DNA of 64,000 nt from Raja brachyura (Eukaryota): the NCBI GenBank assembly GCA_963514005.1, contig OY740799.1:9052001-9116000 (forward strand), in the 5' to 3' direction. The notes below the pieces were generated by a model that saw nothing but the letters and a program-made list of their open reading frames with translations, did no database searches and was not told the origin of the DNA. Below, piece after piece: positions 1-11,461 of the stretch (position 1 is its first letter; each line of letters opens with the position of its first letter). The position numbers and the translations under genes are program-made.

Positions 1-348
1 TCAGCAATATTCACCATTAACGCTGCTCACATCTACTACAGTCTGTTTATGCTTTTACCAATCCAAAATAATTTGTCGGACTCACAGGGTATCTTTGCTC
101 CCCCATTCAGCGTTTTCTCATCAACGTTCTATAGTCAGCAGCACAAAAACTCTTGGAGCAATATTATGATCCAGGTGGGCAAAGCTATCCAAAGTCTGAA
201 CACTTAAGCCTGAAATCTCTCCCAGTTTTGTATTACTCCACACATTCAGAGCTGGCTTTAAGCAAATTGCCGGATGAACTTAAGGGGTCGAGCATCATCT
301 GTGGGTGGGGAGGCGTCTAGGTGGAATTGTAGGCGTTTTGGGTTGAGA

Positions 349-490
349 CCCAGTATGAGTCCTAAAGCAGGAGTTTGACTTGAGATGTCTACCATTCCTT
401 TCCCCTTGAAGATGTAGCTTCACCCTCCAGCAGTTTGTTTTTTTGATCCAGATTCCAGCATCTGCAATCGCTTTTGTCTTCAGCACTGCT
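349..490 (+). mobile_element. Degraded short Penelope-pLTR-derived element
   Basis: ccattcctttcccc..gatgtagc..ccagcagtttgtttt..ttccagcatctgca resembles the conserved pLTR-derived repeat seen elsewhere in the window. Confidence 0.45.
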
Positions 491-1099
491 ATTCTTTACA
501 TTCTCTTCAATTGCAGCATAACAGTGGAAATATGAACAGGAAGACCCTTTGACCCTATTCCTCCGTACAAGGATGTACCCCATCATTTTCTTTTACGCAA
601 CTTACTTGCTGCCCAATTCCCAAATCTAATTTTTCATGGCAGGACTCAAGGATCAGAGTGATGACTGATTTCCAGCACCTGCAGCATAATATAATTCAAT
701 ATTCTGGCATCCGATTGAAATTCAGAAATACCGTTGGTCTGGCAGTATGAAATGTGGACCAAGGCCCAAGGGTGCAAGAGCAGTGTGAACAGAGCCAGGG
801 TTCCGGATTGTGGCTGAGGCAGGAGGCCAGACTGAGGACTAGGTGTGCAGTAAGAGCTACGTATTTCACACTAATAAGTAAATCAGTTGCTGTTTCATCA
901 CAATTTCTGGAATACCATAGTTAGGAATGTGGGTAGGCTTTTGGCCAGAGCCTTTGTATATTGCCAGCTCCTTTTAAACTCACTTGATCCACTGATAAAT
1001 TTATTACATTACTGCATAATACCTTTAAGGATCCTGTCTGCTCTGTGTCTGCCAATCCGGAACCATCAAAGTCACAAAGCTGAAGGATCAGGATAATGG

Positions 1100-1330
1100 T
1101 GTGTATTTAGCTTTTGGATTCATCTGCAAACCCTCCTTTGCACTGCCTCCACAGAGTGGAGACCCTTCCCAACACATGGAAAACTTCAGTGTTCCACAAG
1201 TGGCATCATCAAAGCCCTGTGCAACTGGAGCAAGGCTACCTTTCTTGAATACTCTCATTGAAATGAAGGCCAATAGGGCTTCCTATTTTTTTCAGTGCAC
1301 ATGGAAACCAAATCTCTGCAAGTCAGCTAC
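1100..1330 (+). mobile_element. Old Penelope-like RT fragment
   Basis: Translation ARLPFLNTLIEMKANR..WKP resembles the PLE RT motif LPFLDVLIxx..TxVYRKPT. Heavily diverged. Confidence 0.35.
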
Positions 1331-1544
1331 AAGGACACCAAACTTGTCACCGATGCACAGTTGTTCATAATTTGGCAAATATTTTATTTTTCTGTACTTA
1401 CAAAATGAGTAACTTATAAAATGAGTAATTTACATTTGACAACTTTAAACTCCATCTTGCCACTGATTTAAAGGCCTTTGAAAGTTCTGAGTCCTCGCAG
1501 TTTATTTGTCGATGTTGGGGGAGTCCAGAACCAGGGGCCACAGC

Positions 1545-1780
1545 GAGGGTGGGGAGGGGTGTGTGTATGTGTGTTGTGTGAGGGAGGGCGATGTGCGGGG
1601 GAGGGGAGTGTGCGGGGGAGGGGAGTGCGTGGGGGAGGGGGGGGTGCGAGGGGGAGGGGGAGTGCGCGGGGGAGGGGGAGTTAACGGGGGAGGGGGAGTG
1701 CGCGGGGGAGCGGAGGAGGGGGGTGTGGAGGAGGGGGGTGTGTGAGGGGGGTGGGTGGGGGAGGGGGGGTGTGTGGGCTC
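1545..1780 (+). repeat. G-rich low-complexity tract (GGGGGAGGGGGAGTG-like units)
   Basis: Multiple G5-G7 runs are directly visible. Confidence 0.85.
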
Positions 1781-1851
1781 ACTGGTTCCCGGCCCCGGCT
1801 TCGACCGAACCCACCGGCTGCCGTCCCCAGCGCCTTTCGCGCTCACAGCCC

Positions 1852-2260
1852 CCACCCGCGAACACAGCCAGACCCCGCCCGCGAACACAGCCAGACCCCG
1901 CCCGTGAACACAGCCAGCCCCCGCCCGTGAACACAGCCAGACCCCGCCCGCGAACACAGCCAGCCCCCGCCCGCGAACACAGCCAGCCCCCGCCCGCGAA
2001 CACAGCCAGCCCCCGCCCGCGAACACAGCCAGACCCCGCCCGCGAACACAGCCAGACCCTGCCCGCGAACACAGCCAGACCCCGCCCGCGAACACAGCCA
2101 GCCCCCGCCCGCGAACACAGCCAGCCCCCGCCCGCGAACACAGCCAGCCCCCGCCCGTGAACACAGCCAGCCCCCGCCCGCGAACACAGCCAGACCCCGC
2201 CCGCGAACACAGCCAGACCCCGCCCGCGAACACAGCCAGACCCCGCCCGTGAACACAGCC
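1852..2260. repeat. 23-bp GC-rich minisatellite, about 18 copies
   Basis: Unit GAACACAGCCAG(A/C)CCCCGCCCG(C/T). GAACACAGCC recurs every 23 nt from 1860 to 2251. Confidence 0.95.
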
Positions 2261-2525
2261 CACACTCCGCTGCTGCAGCTTTATTCTCGGAGCGGTGATT
2301 GACAGCGGGTGCCGGAAGGGGCGTCGCCGTCACAGCGCATAACAGACCAATAACTTTTGTAATATTTCACCGATCGGAACAAAACTTGGTGTGCTTGGAA
2401 CAGAGGCGAACGGTGAGTAAGGTGGCGAATAAATCCTCGCGATATAGGGTACTGCTTTTCCGCAAATTTAAAAACAACGCAAACCGGAAGTGGACAAGAT
2501 GAGCGTTTTAGTAATAGTATATGGA
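2261..2525 (-). mobile_element. Helitron-like non-autonomous element, 5' terminal region
   Basis: Minus strand starts ..ATATACTATTACTAAAACGCTCATCTTG, like the terminus at 42987 (TCTCGATATAACTAAAAGTC..CTTG). It abuts the minisatellite and G-rich cargo. Confidence 0.45.
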
Positions 2526-2632
2526 GGACATGAACCCATATCTTGACAAAACGCCTTTTACACAGCACTTGAAAAAAAAAAATACACTAGCCATTACCTA
2601 CAAATCTAGGCACTAATAAATTTATCAAACAC

Positions 2633-2880
2633 AGTGTTCCTGGTATTTATGGAATTCCCTGCCACAGAGGGCAGTGGAGGCCAAGTCACTGGATGGATTT
2701 AAGAGCGAGTTAGATAGAGCTCTAGCAGCTAGTGGAGTCAAGGGATATGGGGAGAAGGCAGGCACGGGTTATTGATAGGGGACGATCAGCCATGATCACA
2801 ATGAATGGCGGTGCTGGCTCGAAGGGCCGAATGGCCTCCTCCTGCACCTATTTTCTATGCTTCTATGCTTCTATGTTTCC
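2633..2880 (+). mobile_element. CR1/HER1-type LINE 3' end
   Basis: WNSLPQRAVEAKSLDGFK-type C-terminus, 3' stem ggccgaatggcc, and tail (ctatgctt/ctatgttt)n. Confidence 0.85.
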
Positions 2881-3179
2881 ATAGAATCATGCTGACTTTG
2901 CCTAATCACATTATGTTTTCCAAATGCCGATGACAAACTTTCTTACAAACGGACTCCAGATTTCCCTGACAAGTGATGTTAGGATAACTAGTCTGCCCTC
3001 TCCTTTCTTGAATAGTAAAATCACATTTGGTTATCTCATACCCTGGTTAAACTCATTTAGAGTCTTAAGAATTTAGTAAATCAAAACTAATGCGCAGACA
3101 TCAGTGATTTCCGTTCTCAGGCCCTGCACTCAAGTTTTCTAATTCTTTATTGCAGACATCTTATGCAAGATCACACACA

Positions 3180-3348
3180 ACTTTATTGCTTTCCATCACA
3201 GTGAGGCATGTGGGGGATCCACTCTGGTGGATGTTTATGTTAACTTTTATGTGTGTGTCTTGTTGCTTTTTTTTAGTATGGTGTATGGTAATTCGTGTTT
3301 CACTGTACCTTAATTGGTACACGTGACAATAAACAGACCTTTGAACTG
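3180..3348 (+). mobile_element. 3' portion of the bipartite non-autonomous retroelement family
   Basis: ttccatcacagtgagg..ggtggatgtttatgttaac..ttcactgtaccttaattggtacacgtgacaataaa is shared with 38617-39218 and 41785-42505. Confidence 0.7.
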
Positions 3349-6324
3349 TTATGTAATATAAGGAATACAAACTTAAAAGGAAATGGAGTGGTCTTTGATT
3401 TTCTTTTACCAATTGATGATCAGAGAAAATAGCTACAGCGATCTTATGACTGTTATTGATGCACTCGCTTACTCGCTATTTTATTTTTGAAAACAAGCTG
3501 ATTTTATTTGAAAACCATTATATTAACATTATTTTTGGATAAGTGCCTTTGAATTCCTGCAAAACATTAAGTCCTGGAGTGCCCTTGAATAAAACACAGT
3601 TGGAACAACCAGATCTGGGCTGTGAGAAATGTATTCCTTTTTCAGGGACACTCTGCTGCTGACCTTTAGCTAATAAAGGATATTGCAGTCTGGCTCCTGA
3701 TGGGTTTCATTTTATGGTCATCCAGTCAACAGACTGTACTTACTACATGATACGAGACATTGCTGTGCTCCATGGAGTCACTTTTGTTGATCTCCCAAGC
3801 TGCTGCCAATGCCAATTTAAAAGGCATGACATTTTTAATTTCTCTCACATTTGTTGTTCTCTTGCTCTACTCCTAACTTTCTTTTCCTTACAAAGCTGTG
3901 TAGGATAGTGCTATTGTATGGGGTGATTGATGGCCGGCCCAGACTCGGTGGACCAAAGGGTCTATTTCCACTCTTTAAGTCTAAAGTAAAACTAAAGTAA
4001 AACAACGTTAAATTGGCATTTAAACAGACATGTGAATTGACAGGGAATTGAGGGGATATGGACCATGTGCAGGTAGATGGGATGAATTACACTGGTATCA
4101 TGGTTGATGTTAATCGTTCCTCTCTATAAAGATCGTTCCTTCCCCTCAATTATTACCAACACTTCAGTCTTATTTCAGAACTTCCAGCAACTGCAGTATT
4201 TCATTTGTTTCACTGCAGTTTTAAATCAAACTTCATCCATCAATTGGGGAAAAAGAGATAACAGTGTCAGTTTCCTGACTGAGATAACAAAGTATCCAGA
4301 GCCCCAGATATTAAAAGCAAATAGCATGATACTTTCCTTTGTGCTCTTGTTTCAACCTCCTAAATTTGATTGTAACGTACAATAAATAATTTCATAAAAA
4401 ACTGCTCAAGAAACAGAATAAGTCAATTTTCACCTTCACCTGAAAGGTGTGTTATTCTTAAGAAAGTAAAAGTGCACTAATGCAAATAAAAATGCAAATA
4501 GTTCTAATTTGTGATCGCAACGCATCTCTTATCTTAGATGTTGCTGCCCTGTTGTCCATCTTGGATACATATGTTATCTTCAGTACAGAGCTCCAGCTCC
4601 CAGCTATTTTAAATTTCAGTAAAAAAAAGCAAATGTAAGAAAACATCATTCTCTCGCAAACACTCGTGAAATGAACTCATGACTATCTGCCAGTGCATCC
4701 TATTTAGATCCTAATGTTTTCTTGCTGCCATTCCATAAAAATAAAATAAAAATGTTGCAATTTAAACACACATGGTGACTGATCAGCACACTGAAACAGC
4801 ATATGTGACCAAACTATAAGTGGTTACTTCATCAACCCTAGATTGGAATTCTATATTTGGCTCAAAAGGAAGAACTAGATTCATTTCAACTATGCCAGAC
4901 CTATAGACGCGAGAGTCCGCAGATGAGTATGTTAAATGAAAATCAGAAAGTACCCAGAAAAAAAATGAATCTTCATTATATCTGGCAAGGACACAGATAA
5001 GGATGGAAAGAGAGAAATTGGAAGGTCCAAACCCAACATGATTTTGGTGGAGGAACAAGTACAAAGATGTTGTTTTAAGAAGGGTAAGACAGGTTTGCAA
5101 AGAAGGGCTGGCCATGGAGGAGGATAAAGGTTTGAAGGAATAGGGTGATAGTGGGGAGAATGAGAAGTGGAGGAATAAAAACTACACACATCCTTGTTTA
5201 ACTGAATTTTGAAAGATTACATTACTGATAATTTATTGTATTATTGTTTATTGTATATTTATTTGTTGTTATTGCTTTAATAACCACAAAGGCCTGTTTC
5301 CGTGCTGTAATTGTTATATGGTTATATGGTTAATGGGCCTGTAAAACAAGTAACAATTTAATTGTTTAATTCCCATGCATATTACAATTAGACACTGTTG
5401 ACTCCTGACTCTCTTGGTTTCGATTGTGATCGTATTTTGTTGTGGCTGAACTATAGTTGTCTGATAACGAACGGTTGTCATACAGGCAGACAGAAATACA
5501 ACACAGAAAATGTAATCCCAAATACTGGGTAAAAAATGCACAATGACATTTATGTTTAATGTAATCAAATCTTGGTTCACCATAAAAGCGCATTTGATAG
5601 TTGTGTAAATAGATTTATGAATCTCAAATTTTTTTTTTTGCTGCAGCAGCTAAAGGGATGGTGAACAGTGTGGCACACCTTGCTAACAATGGTCAACATT
5701 AGATATTTGCAGAACAGGTCCTCGACTGCTGCTTCATTTTACTTCAATTGGAATATTGTTAAAGATAACATTGGAAGTTATGTAAATATTTACAATAGGT
5801 AAACACTGCCACTTTTGAATATAAAGCAATGCTACACGGTGCAGATAAATCAATACGGGAGAATTGGAAAACTGCACAAGAAATGAGGAAATGTAACATT
5901 TTCACAAGGATGGAGTTTCTATAGCAACTGCAACGACTTCACTTCATAAACATTGCCCAATTCATTGATTCAACGGAATAATCAGTCTAGTGTGCAAATC
6001 TTTATAATTCAAATCTATAATAAATTATAGGCTGATTTTAAAGAACCATAAAGTAGCCTTTTGACATTTAATTCTTACTTTAATAATAATATTTGGTGGT
6101 GTTAGGCTGATTTTAACTGAAGCAGGAATTTGCTCAAATTATTGCAGCTGTGACTACATTTCTCATGTTAGACTATTTTATACTGTAAATGATTCCACAT
6201 AATAGTCGGATAGAGGTGCAAGTGTTCAACAAAATTACAAAAATGACAGAACTTTATTTATTGATGAAGGGAGATATGAACTATCCCAATGGAGACGAGC
6301 AAAATAACAATGTAAAAGGAAACG

Positions 6325-6530
6325 GACGGCACGGTGGCACAGTGGTAGAGTTGCTGCCTAACAACGCCAGAGACCCGGGTTCGATCCTGACTACAGGTGC
6401 TATCTGTATGGAGTTTGTACATTCTTCCCCCTTGACCTGCGTGGGTTTTCCCCGGGTGCTCCGGTTTCCTCCCTGACTCCAAAGATGTACAGGTTTGTAG
6501 GTCAATTGGCTTGGTAAAATTATCAAAAAT
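6325..6530 (+). mobile_element. tRNA-derived V-SINE (HE1-like), 3' truncated
   Basis: A-box TGGCACAGTGG, B-box GGTTCGATCC, V-domain ggagtttgtacattct..cgtgggtttt..gggtgctccggtttcctccc..ccaaaga. Confidence 0.88.
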
Positions 6531-6744
6531 TTCACAATTTAATGCAGTCCTTGTGTGAACTACGATGAAGTTCCTTCTTAATGTCCACTCCCTTACTAAA
6601 CATTACATTCAACCATTAAAGAAAGACTTAATTGGCCCACAGTGGATAGTTGAATCCAAAAACTGACTTAGATTGGGGTTGGAATGGTGACTTTGCAACA
6701 ACTATTAGTAGTTTCCCACCTTATTACAGTTTATTTTTGAAATG

Positions 6745-6932
6745 ATGATAGACACAAGGGACTGCAGATGCTGGAACCCTGAGCAAAAGACTGGAAGTGC
6801 TGGAAGAACAGAGTGGATCAGGCAGCATTTGGAGAATGACTGCACAGGTTGGGACTCATCAAACATCACCTATCCATTCCCTTCCCAGATGCTGCCTGAC
6901 CCGCTGAGTTCCTCTCGCACGTTCTGTTCTAA
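6745..6932. mobile_element. Short inverted-repeat Penelope-pLTR-derived element
   Basis: ctgcagatgctgg..tcaggcagcat..//..gatgctgcctgacccgctgagttcctc forms an inverted arrangement. Confidence 0.6.
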
Positions 6933-7532
6933 AAAATGGTATTCAGTGCAAGTGGAGCATGTGATGAAAACTTACAAACATTCTCTGGCAAAGATGTTTC
7001 TATCTATTACCCCAATTGGATTCCAGAAGACGTGGAATCAAATGAATTTCATGATACTGACTCCAAAACCTGTAGTGCTCAATTAAGCTTCAGAAATTTA
7101 GATTTTGGCAAAATGTTCGCTGGTGATCAGTGAAATCACATTCAATGAAAACAGTTCTCGTTACATTAAATTAACATTCGCCAATAATACAAAAGTGGTA
7201 ATGATATTGAACTGCTGTTGAATCAATTTTTTAGTGTACACGTATTTTTGTTAATACTAATAGCCTGTGAGGACTAAGTGTTGGAACTTTGCCATCATCA
7301 ACTCCGACAAAACAATTTCTCTTCTGAAATCAATTGGTATTAATTAACGTTGATTGTAAGCACAAAATAATTTATCTTGTACATAGCCATTGCTTTAACA
7401 AAAAATGTGTCAACTTGAAACTTTGAACAAGAATATAACTTGTACCTTCTAAATGGACAGCAGGTTAGCCAGAAACATTTTCACTGAATGGATTCAACTC
7501 AGGCTTGGGGGAAAGCCAACAATCTACAAAAG

Positions 7533-7667
7533 CAGTCCGAAGAAGGTTCTTGACCCAACACATCACCTATTCCTTTTCTCCAGAGATGATGTCTGACCCG
7601 CTGAGTTACTCCAGCTTTCTATGTCTATCTTCGGTTTAAACCAGCATCTGCAGTTCTTTCCTATACA
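7533..7667 (+). mobile_element. Short Penelope-pLTR-derived element (degenerate hammerhead core)
   Basis: agtccgaagaagg..gaccc..catcacctattcc..gctgagttactccagc..ccagcatctgcagttc. Confidence 0.7.
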
Positions 7668-7994
7668 ATCTGCAAAAGCTCAACAGTTTAATGTAAATCT
7701 GTTAAATGAATGATTTTTCCACAGTGAAATCAATATAGAAAGCCAGGGACAACCTAATCAAAACACCATTCCAAAAATCTGATTTTCAAAATACAATTAC
7801 AACTTTAATAACTGAAATAGAACATACTGGAAATATTTGTGTTGCCCACCATTCAAGTTAATGTGAAAGTAAGCCAGGAACTGACAATAAAGAGAGTGTG
7901 ATTTCCTAAGATTAATTGGCAGCATTACACTTCAGGTTACTGTATTCGTTTTCTTGTCTTCCCACTTCCCATCATTTCAATCAAGATTATTAAA

Positions 7995-8122
7995 GGTGTT
8001 AAAGAAGGAACTGCAGATGCTGGAAAATCGAGGGTACACAAAATGCTGGAGCAACTCAGCAGGTGCAGTAGCATCTATGGAGCGAAGGAGATAGGCAACG
8101 TTCGGCCCAAAACCCTTCTTCA
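7995..8122 (-). mobile_element. Short Penelope-pLTR-derived element
   Basis: gaaggaactgcagatgctgg..gcagcatctatggagcgaaggagataggcaacgttcgg..cccttcttca. Confidence 0.7.
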
Positions 8123-8751
8123 TATTAAAGGTGAGTATCTGGCAACAATGCTTGCGAGACATTGCCATTTGCAAACTGCATACTATTTTACTGCATTACA
8201 TCAATGACCTCACTCCATATCCACTCAAACCAACATCAGTGTCCTCTCCCTGGTCAAAATTTCCATTTATGAGTCACTAGTTATATTCTATCAGCTCCTT
8301 TGGACAAGTCCAATGCCAGCTTCCCAAAACAGACAATATTCTGACGTTCATTCTGAGAAGAGATTACCATGCAAACAGAGGGGAAGATTGAAGAACGTGC
8401 TGAAAGGCTCCTTGTAAAAAAAAAAATCCAATACACTAATCGACTCTAAGGAGTGCCTTTATTGGAAATATAATCAGAATTGCCGAAGAATAGTATTCAG
8501 TATTAATAAATCAGGGGAATACATTAGTTCTGCGTAAATGGCATATGGAGTACACCACTTCACAACCTACTACCGTCAAGCATCTCCTGCCTCATATGGT
8601 GGAAGTATCTGCAATTGGATGTTGGCCTCCACTATTATGTCAGAATCCAGAAAACCAGAATGAAAACCAGAAATTCTCACATCCAAAGAGCCGGTCACGA
8701 GTACAACAATGCTTCAGAGGTGTGTAATAAGGAACTCACCTTGAAACCTTG

Positions 8752-8964
8752 AGGTGTGTAAGAAGGAGCTGCAGATGCTGGTTTAAACTGAAGATAGATA
8801 CAAAAAGCTGGAGTAACTCAGCGGGACAGACAGCATCTCTGGAGAGAAGGAGTGGGTGACATTTCGGTCTGAAGAAGGGTCTCGACCCGAAACATCACCC
8901 ATTCCGTCTCTCCAAAGATGCTGCCTGTCCCACTGAGTTACTCCAGCTTTTAGTGTCTATCTTC
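8752..8964. mobile_element. Palindromic Penelope-pLTR-derived element with hammerhead-like core
   Basis: Inverted arms flank ctgaagaagggtctcgacccgaaacatc (8869-8896). Confidence 0.8.
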
Positions 8965-9846
8965 AATGCTTTACAGGTACTTCACTGGCTGTATTAGGCT
9001 TTAAAACAGATCAATACCTTGAAAAGAGCTGTACAAATACCTGTTTATTTTTATCTTTGATGACATCTTGGCTGTGCACAAATCCTATTTTACTTTGGAG
9101 TCACGCGAGTGACTTCGTGAAGACCCCGCCAGCACGCATGCGTGACATATCGTCGACCGCATGCGAAGCGACAGGCAGGGAGGAGGGTCGCTCCTCCACC
9201 GGAACGGACCTGCAGGAAAGGTGAACTAACCTGAGGTTGGGATTTCTTCTTCCAGGAACTCTGTGCGACAGAGTATCCCACCAACGGGCCGCCTCGAGAG
9301 ACTGACTGCGGACCGTGGGACGCCGGCAGTCAGCGGCGGCAGAAACACACCGGAGTCGGGCGAGCCCGTTGACCCAGGAGGGTCCAGGCTCACAGACTCG
9401 CCCTTCGCAGGTAGCGATGGCAAGCGGCAGCCCGACTCAACACCGCAGCCCGCAGGATCACTGCGGACTGACGGCAACGCTACCAGGAAGTCGGGCAAGT
9501 CGAGGGTCCGGGCTCGGAGACTGCCATTCGCGGGTAGCGAAGGCAGAGCAGGAGCTCCGACTCAACGGCGCAGGCAGCAGGAATACCGCGGACTGACGGC
9601 AACGCTACCCGGCAGAGGTAGCGAAGACAGAGCCGGGGCCCCGACTCAAACGTAGGCACAATGCCTGGAAGTGGAGACTTGCCATTAGCGGCAGTCTATA
9701 TTCCCGCATGAAAGTCTGGTCACCACGGGATCTGGGTGGGGGGGGAGTGCGCTCCTCCACCGGCAACTTCAAAAAGGCCCTCAGGTAAGTTATACTAACC
9801 TTGAGTTGGTTAGTTTCTGTAGTAGACTTATTTGCTTACAGAAACG

Positions 9847-11361
9847 ATGGACAGGAAGACCAGAATGAAGGCATCGAAGCATGCCTCCAAGGACCGCGGG
9901 ACTTCGGACAGGAGTCAGCGGCCGCAATCCCCGGAGCTGCTCGCTACACCGGCAGCACCCGCACGGCGGGCCGGGAAAAGAACGCGGAAGTCGGGGAGCC
10001 CAGTTCAGCTGGCACGACCCGACTCTCCACCACAGCAGGCCAGTGAGCTGCGTGCTGGTAGGAGTTCCGTGCGAGAGCAGGGTGCGGCCGGCACCGACTC
10101 ACCACTGGCAGAGTGCGCCAGATCGCGGGCCGGTGGTCGTACATACAGGTCGTGTGGCCCCACAGTAGCGGCTGGCAGCGACTTTGCGTCGCAGTCCCGT
10201 ATAACTGAGACTGGCAGCAAGCCCACGCGGATATCGGGGAGCCCCGCTGAGGCGGCTGGCACTGACTCACCGCCACTGCTGTCGTACCAGACAGGCAGTG
10301 CGCTTCAGTCCGGAAGACCGCGGACTAGCGGCAAATCCGCGTGGGAGTCGTGTAGCCCCGCAGGAGCGGCAGGCAGCGACTACCTACCTAGGTTCCCAAG
10401 ACATCACCTCGACGAGGTGCGGACCGATGGTAGAAGCTCCAGTAGTTCACCAGAACTTGGGGAAGTTGACTTGCCGTCCGCAGATAGCAGCGGCGGTCGC
10501 ATAGCTCGAATGGAGCGTATGCTGGAGCAGCTGCTCGAACGGGATCTCCTCCAACAAGAGCGGGTGTCCCTACAATCTAGGAGACACTCAGCAGCACCTC
10601 AAGTATCTCTCCCACGTCAATGGGGAGTGCCAGGAGTCGGCTGTTAGCTGACTTTGAAGAGGGGTTGGCGCAAGAACCGATGTTGCCCGAGGTGCCTGAA
10701 GAGGAACTACTGGAGGTAATATCAAAATTCGCCCAACCAGCAATCAGGGCAACCTCTTCAGCCTAAACTAGCGGCCAGCATCAATTACTTAACCACACAC
10801 CAGCTGCAGGAACAGGTGCTCACGGAGGCTACAAACAAGTACATAGCTCTGGGTAATTGTGTGTCGCTCAATGTCCTGACCGTCAACACACCCATCTGGG
10901 GTAACATCAGTCCCGGGATCAGGGCCCAGGAATTAAAAATACAGAAAATCCTGAAATTGTTGACCTCAGGCTTTATTGCCTTTGTCAGGTCCATAGACGG
11001 GACGGACATGACGGAGGAGCAGCAGGATGCACTAGCTTTGCTGTGCAATACACAATATGAGATAAACTGCTTTCGCAAGAGCTCCATCCGCCCAACTCTC
11101 AACTCAAAATTCGCGGGTTTATGCAAAGCCTCTGCTACGCTGCCACCGAGGCAGCTGTTGGGTGAAGACCTGCCAAAACAGGTAAAAGACCTGGACGAGG
11201 AGGCAAAAGTGGTCGGGTTGATGAAACCACCATCCTCGAGCAGGCCACTGGCGTATCACAGACAGCATCTTACGCTACATCTAACAGACTTCGGGTTCAA
11301 CCCGACAGGGCAACCAGAACCTATCCACCGGTCGCACCCTATCAACAAAAGCTTTTTTTAG
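9847..11361 (+). pseudogene. DIRS ORF1 (gag-like), frameshifted
   Basis: ATG at 9847 opens a Ser/Ala/Arg-rich low-complexity ORF to 10647. It continues after frameshifts as ..NTPIWGNISPGIRAQELKIQKILKLL..QDALALLCNTQYEINCFRKSSIRPTLNSKFAGLCK..LLGEDLPKQVKDL, typical of DIRS ORF1. Confidence 0.75.
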
Positions 11362-11461
11362 GACAGGGCCCACAGTGACCAGCGTGGAAGATGCGCCAAC
11401 CCCACATCCCAGCAACACAACGAACCACAAAAGCCCAGAACATCAAGCCCCGCCGGTAACC

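Noticed and set aside
606-678. Minus-strand AG..GTAAGT bounded segment
   Set aside because: In-frame stop, weak acceptor context and no similarity to CHCHD3.
1502-2333. Long overlapping ORFs (253, 189, 184 and 140 aa) with 23-aa periodicity; array superficially CRISPR-like
   Set aside because: Products of a stop-free 23-bp minisatellite and G-rich tract. There are no unique spacers and no cas genes, and the context is eukaryotic.
6325-6400. tRNA-like A/B boxes
   Set aside because: Continues into a V-SINE core, so it is a SINE head and not a tRNA gene.
9226-9655. Several 90-130 aa ORFs in the DIRS leader
   Set aside because: GC-rich repeated leader sequence open in multiple frames, with no domain signature.
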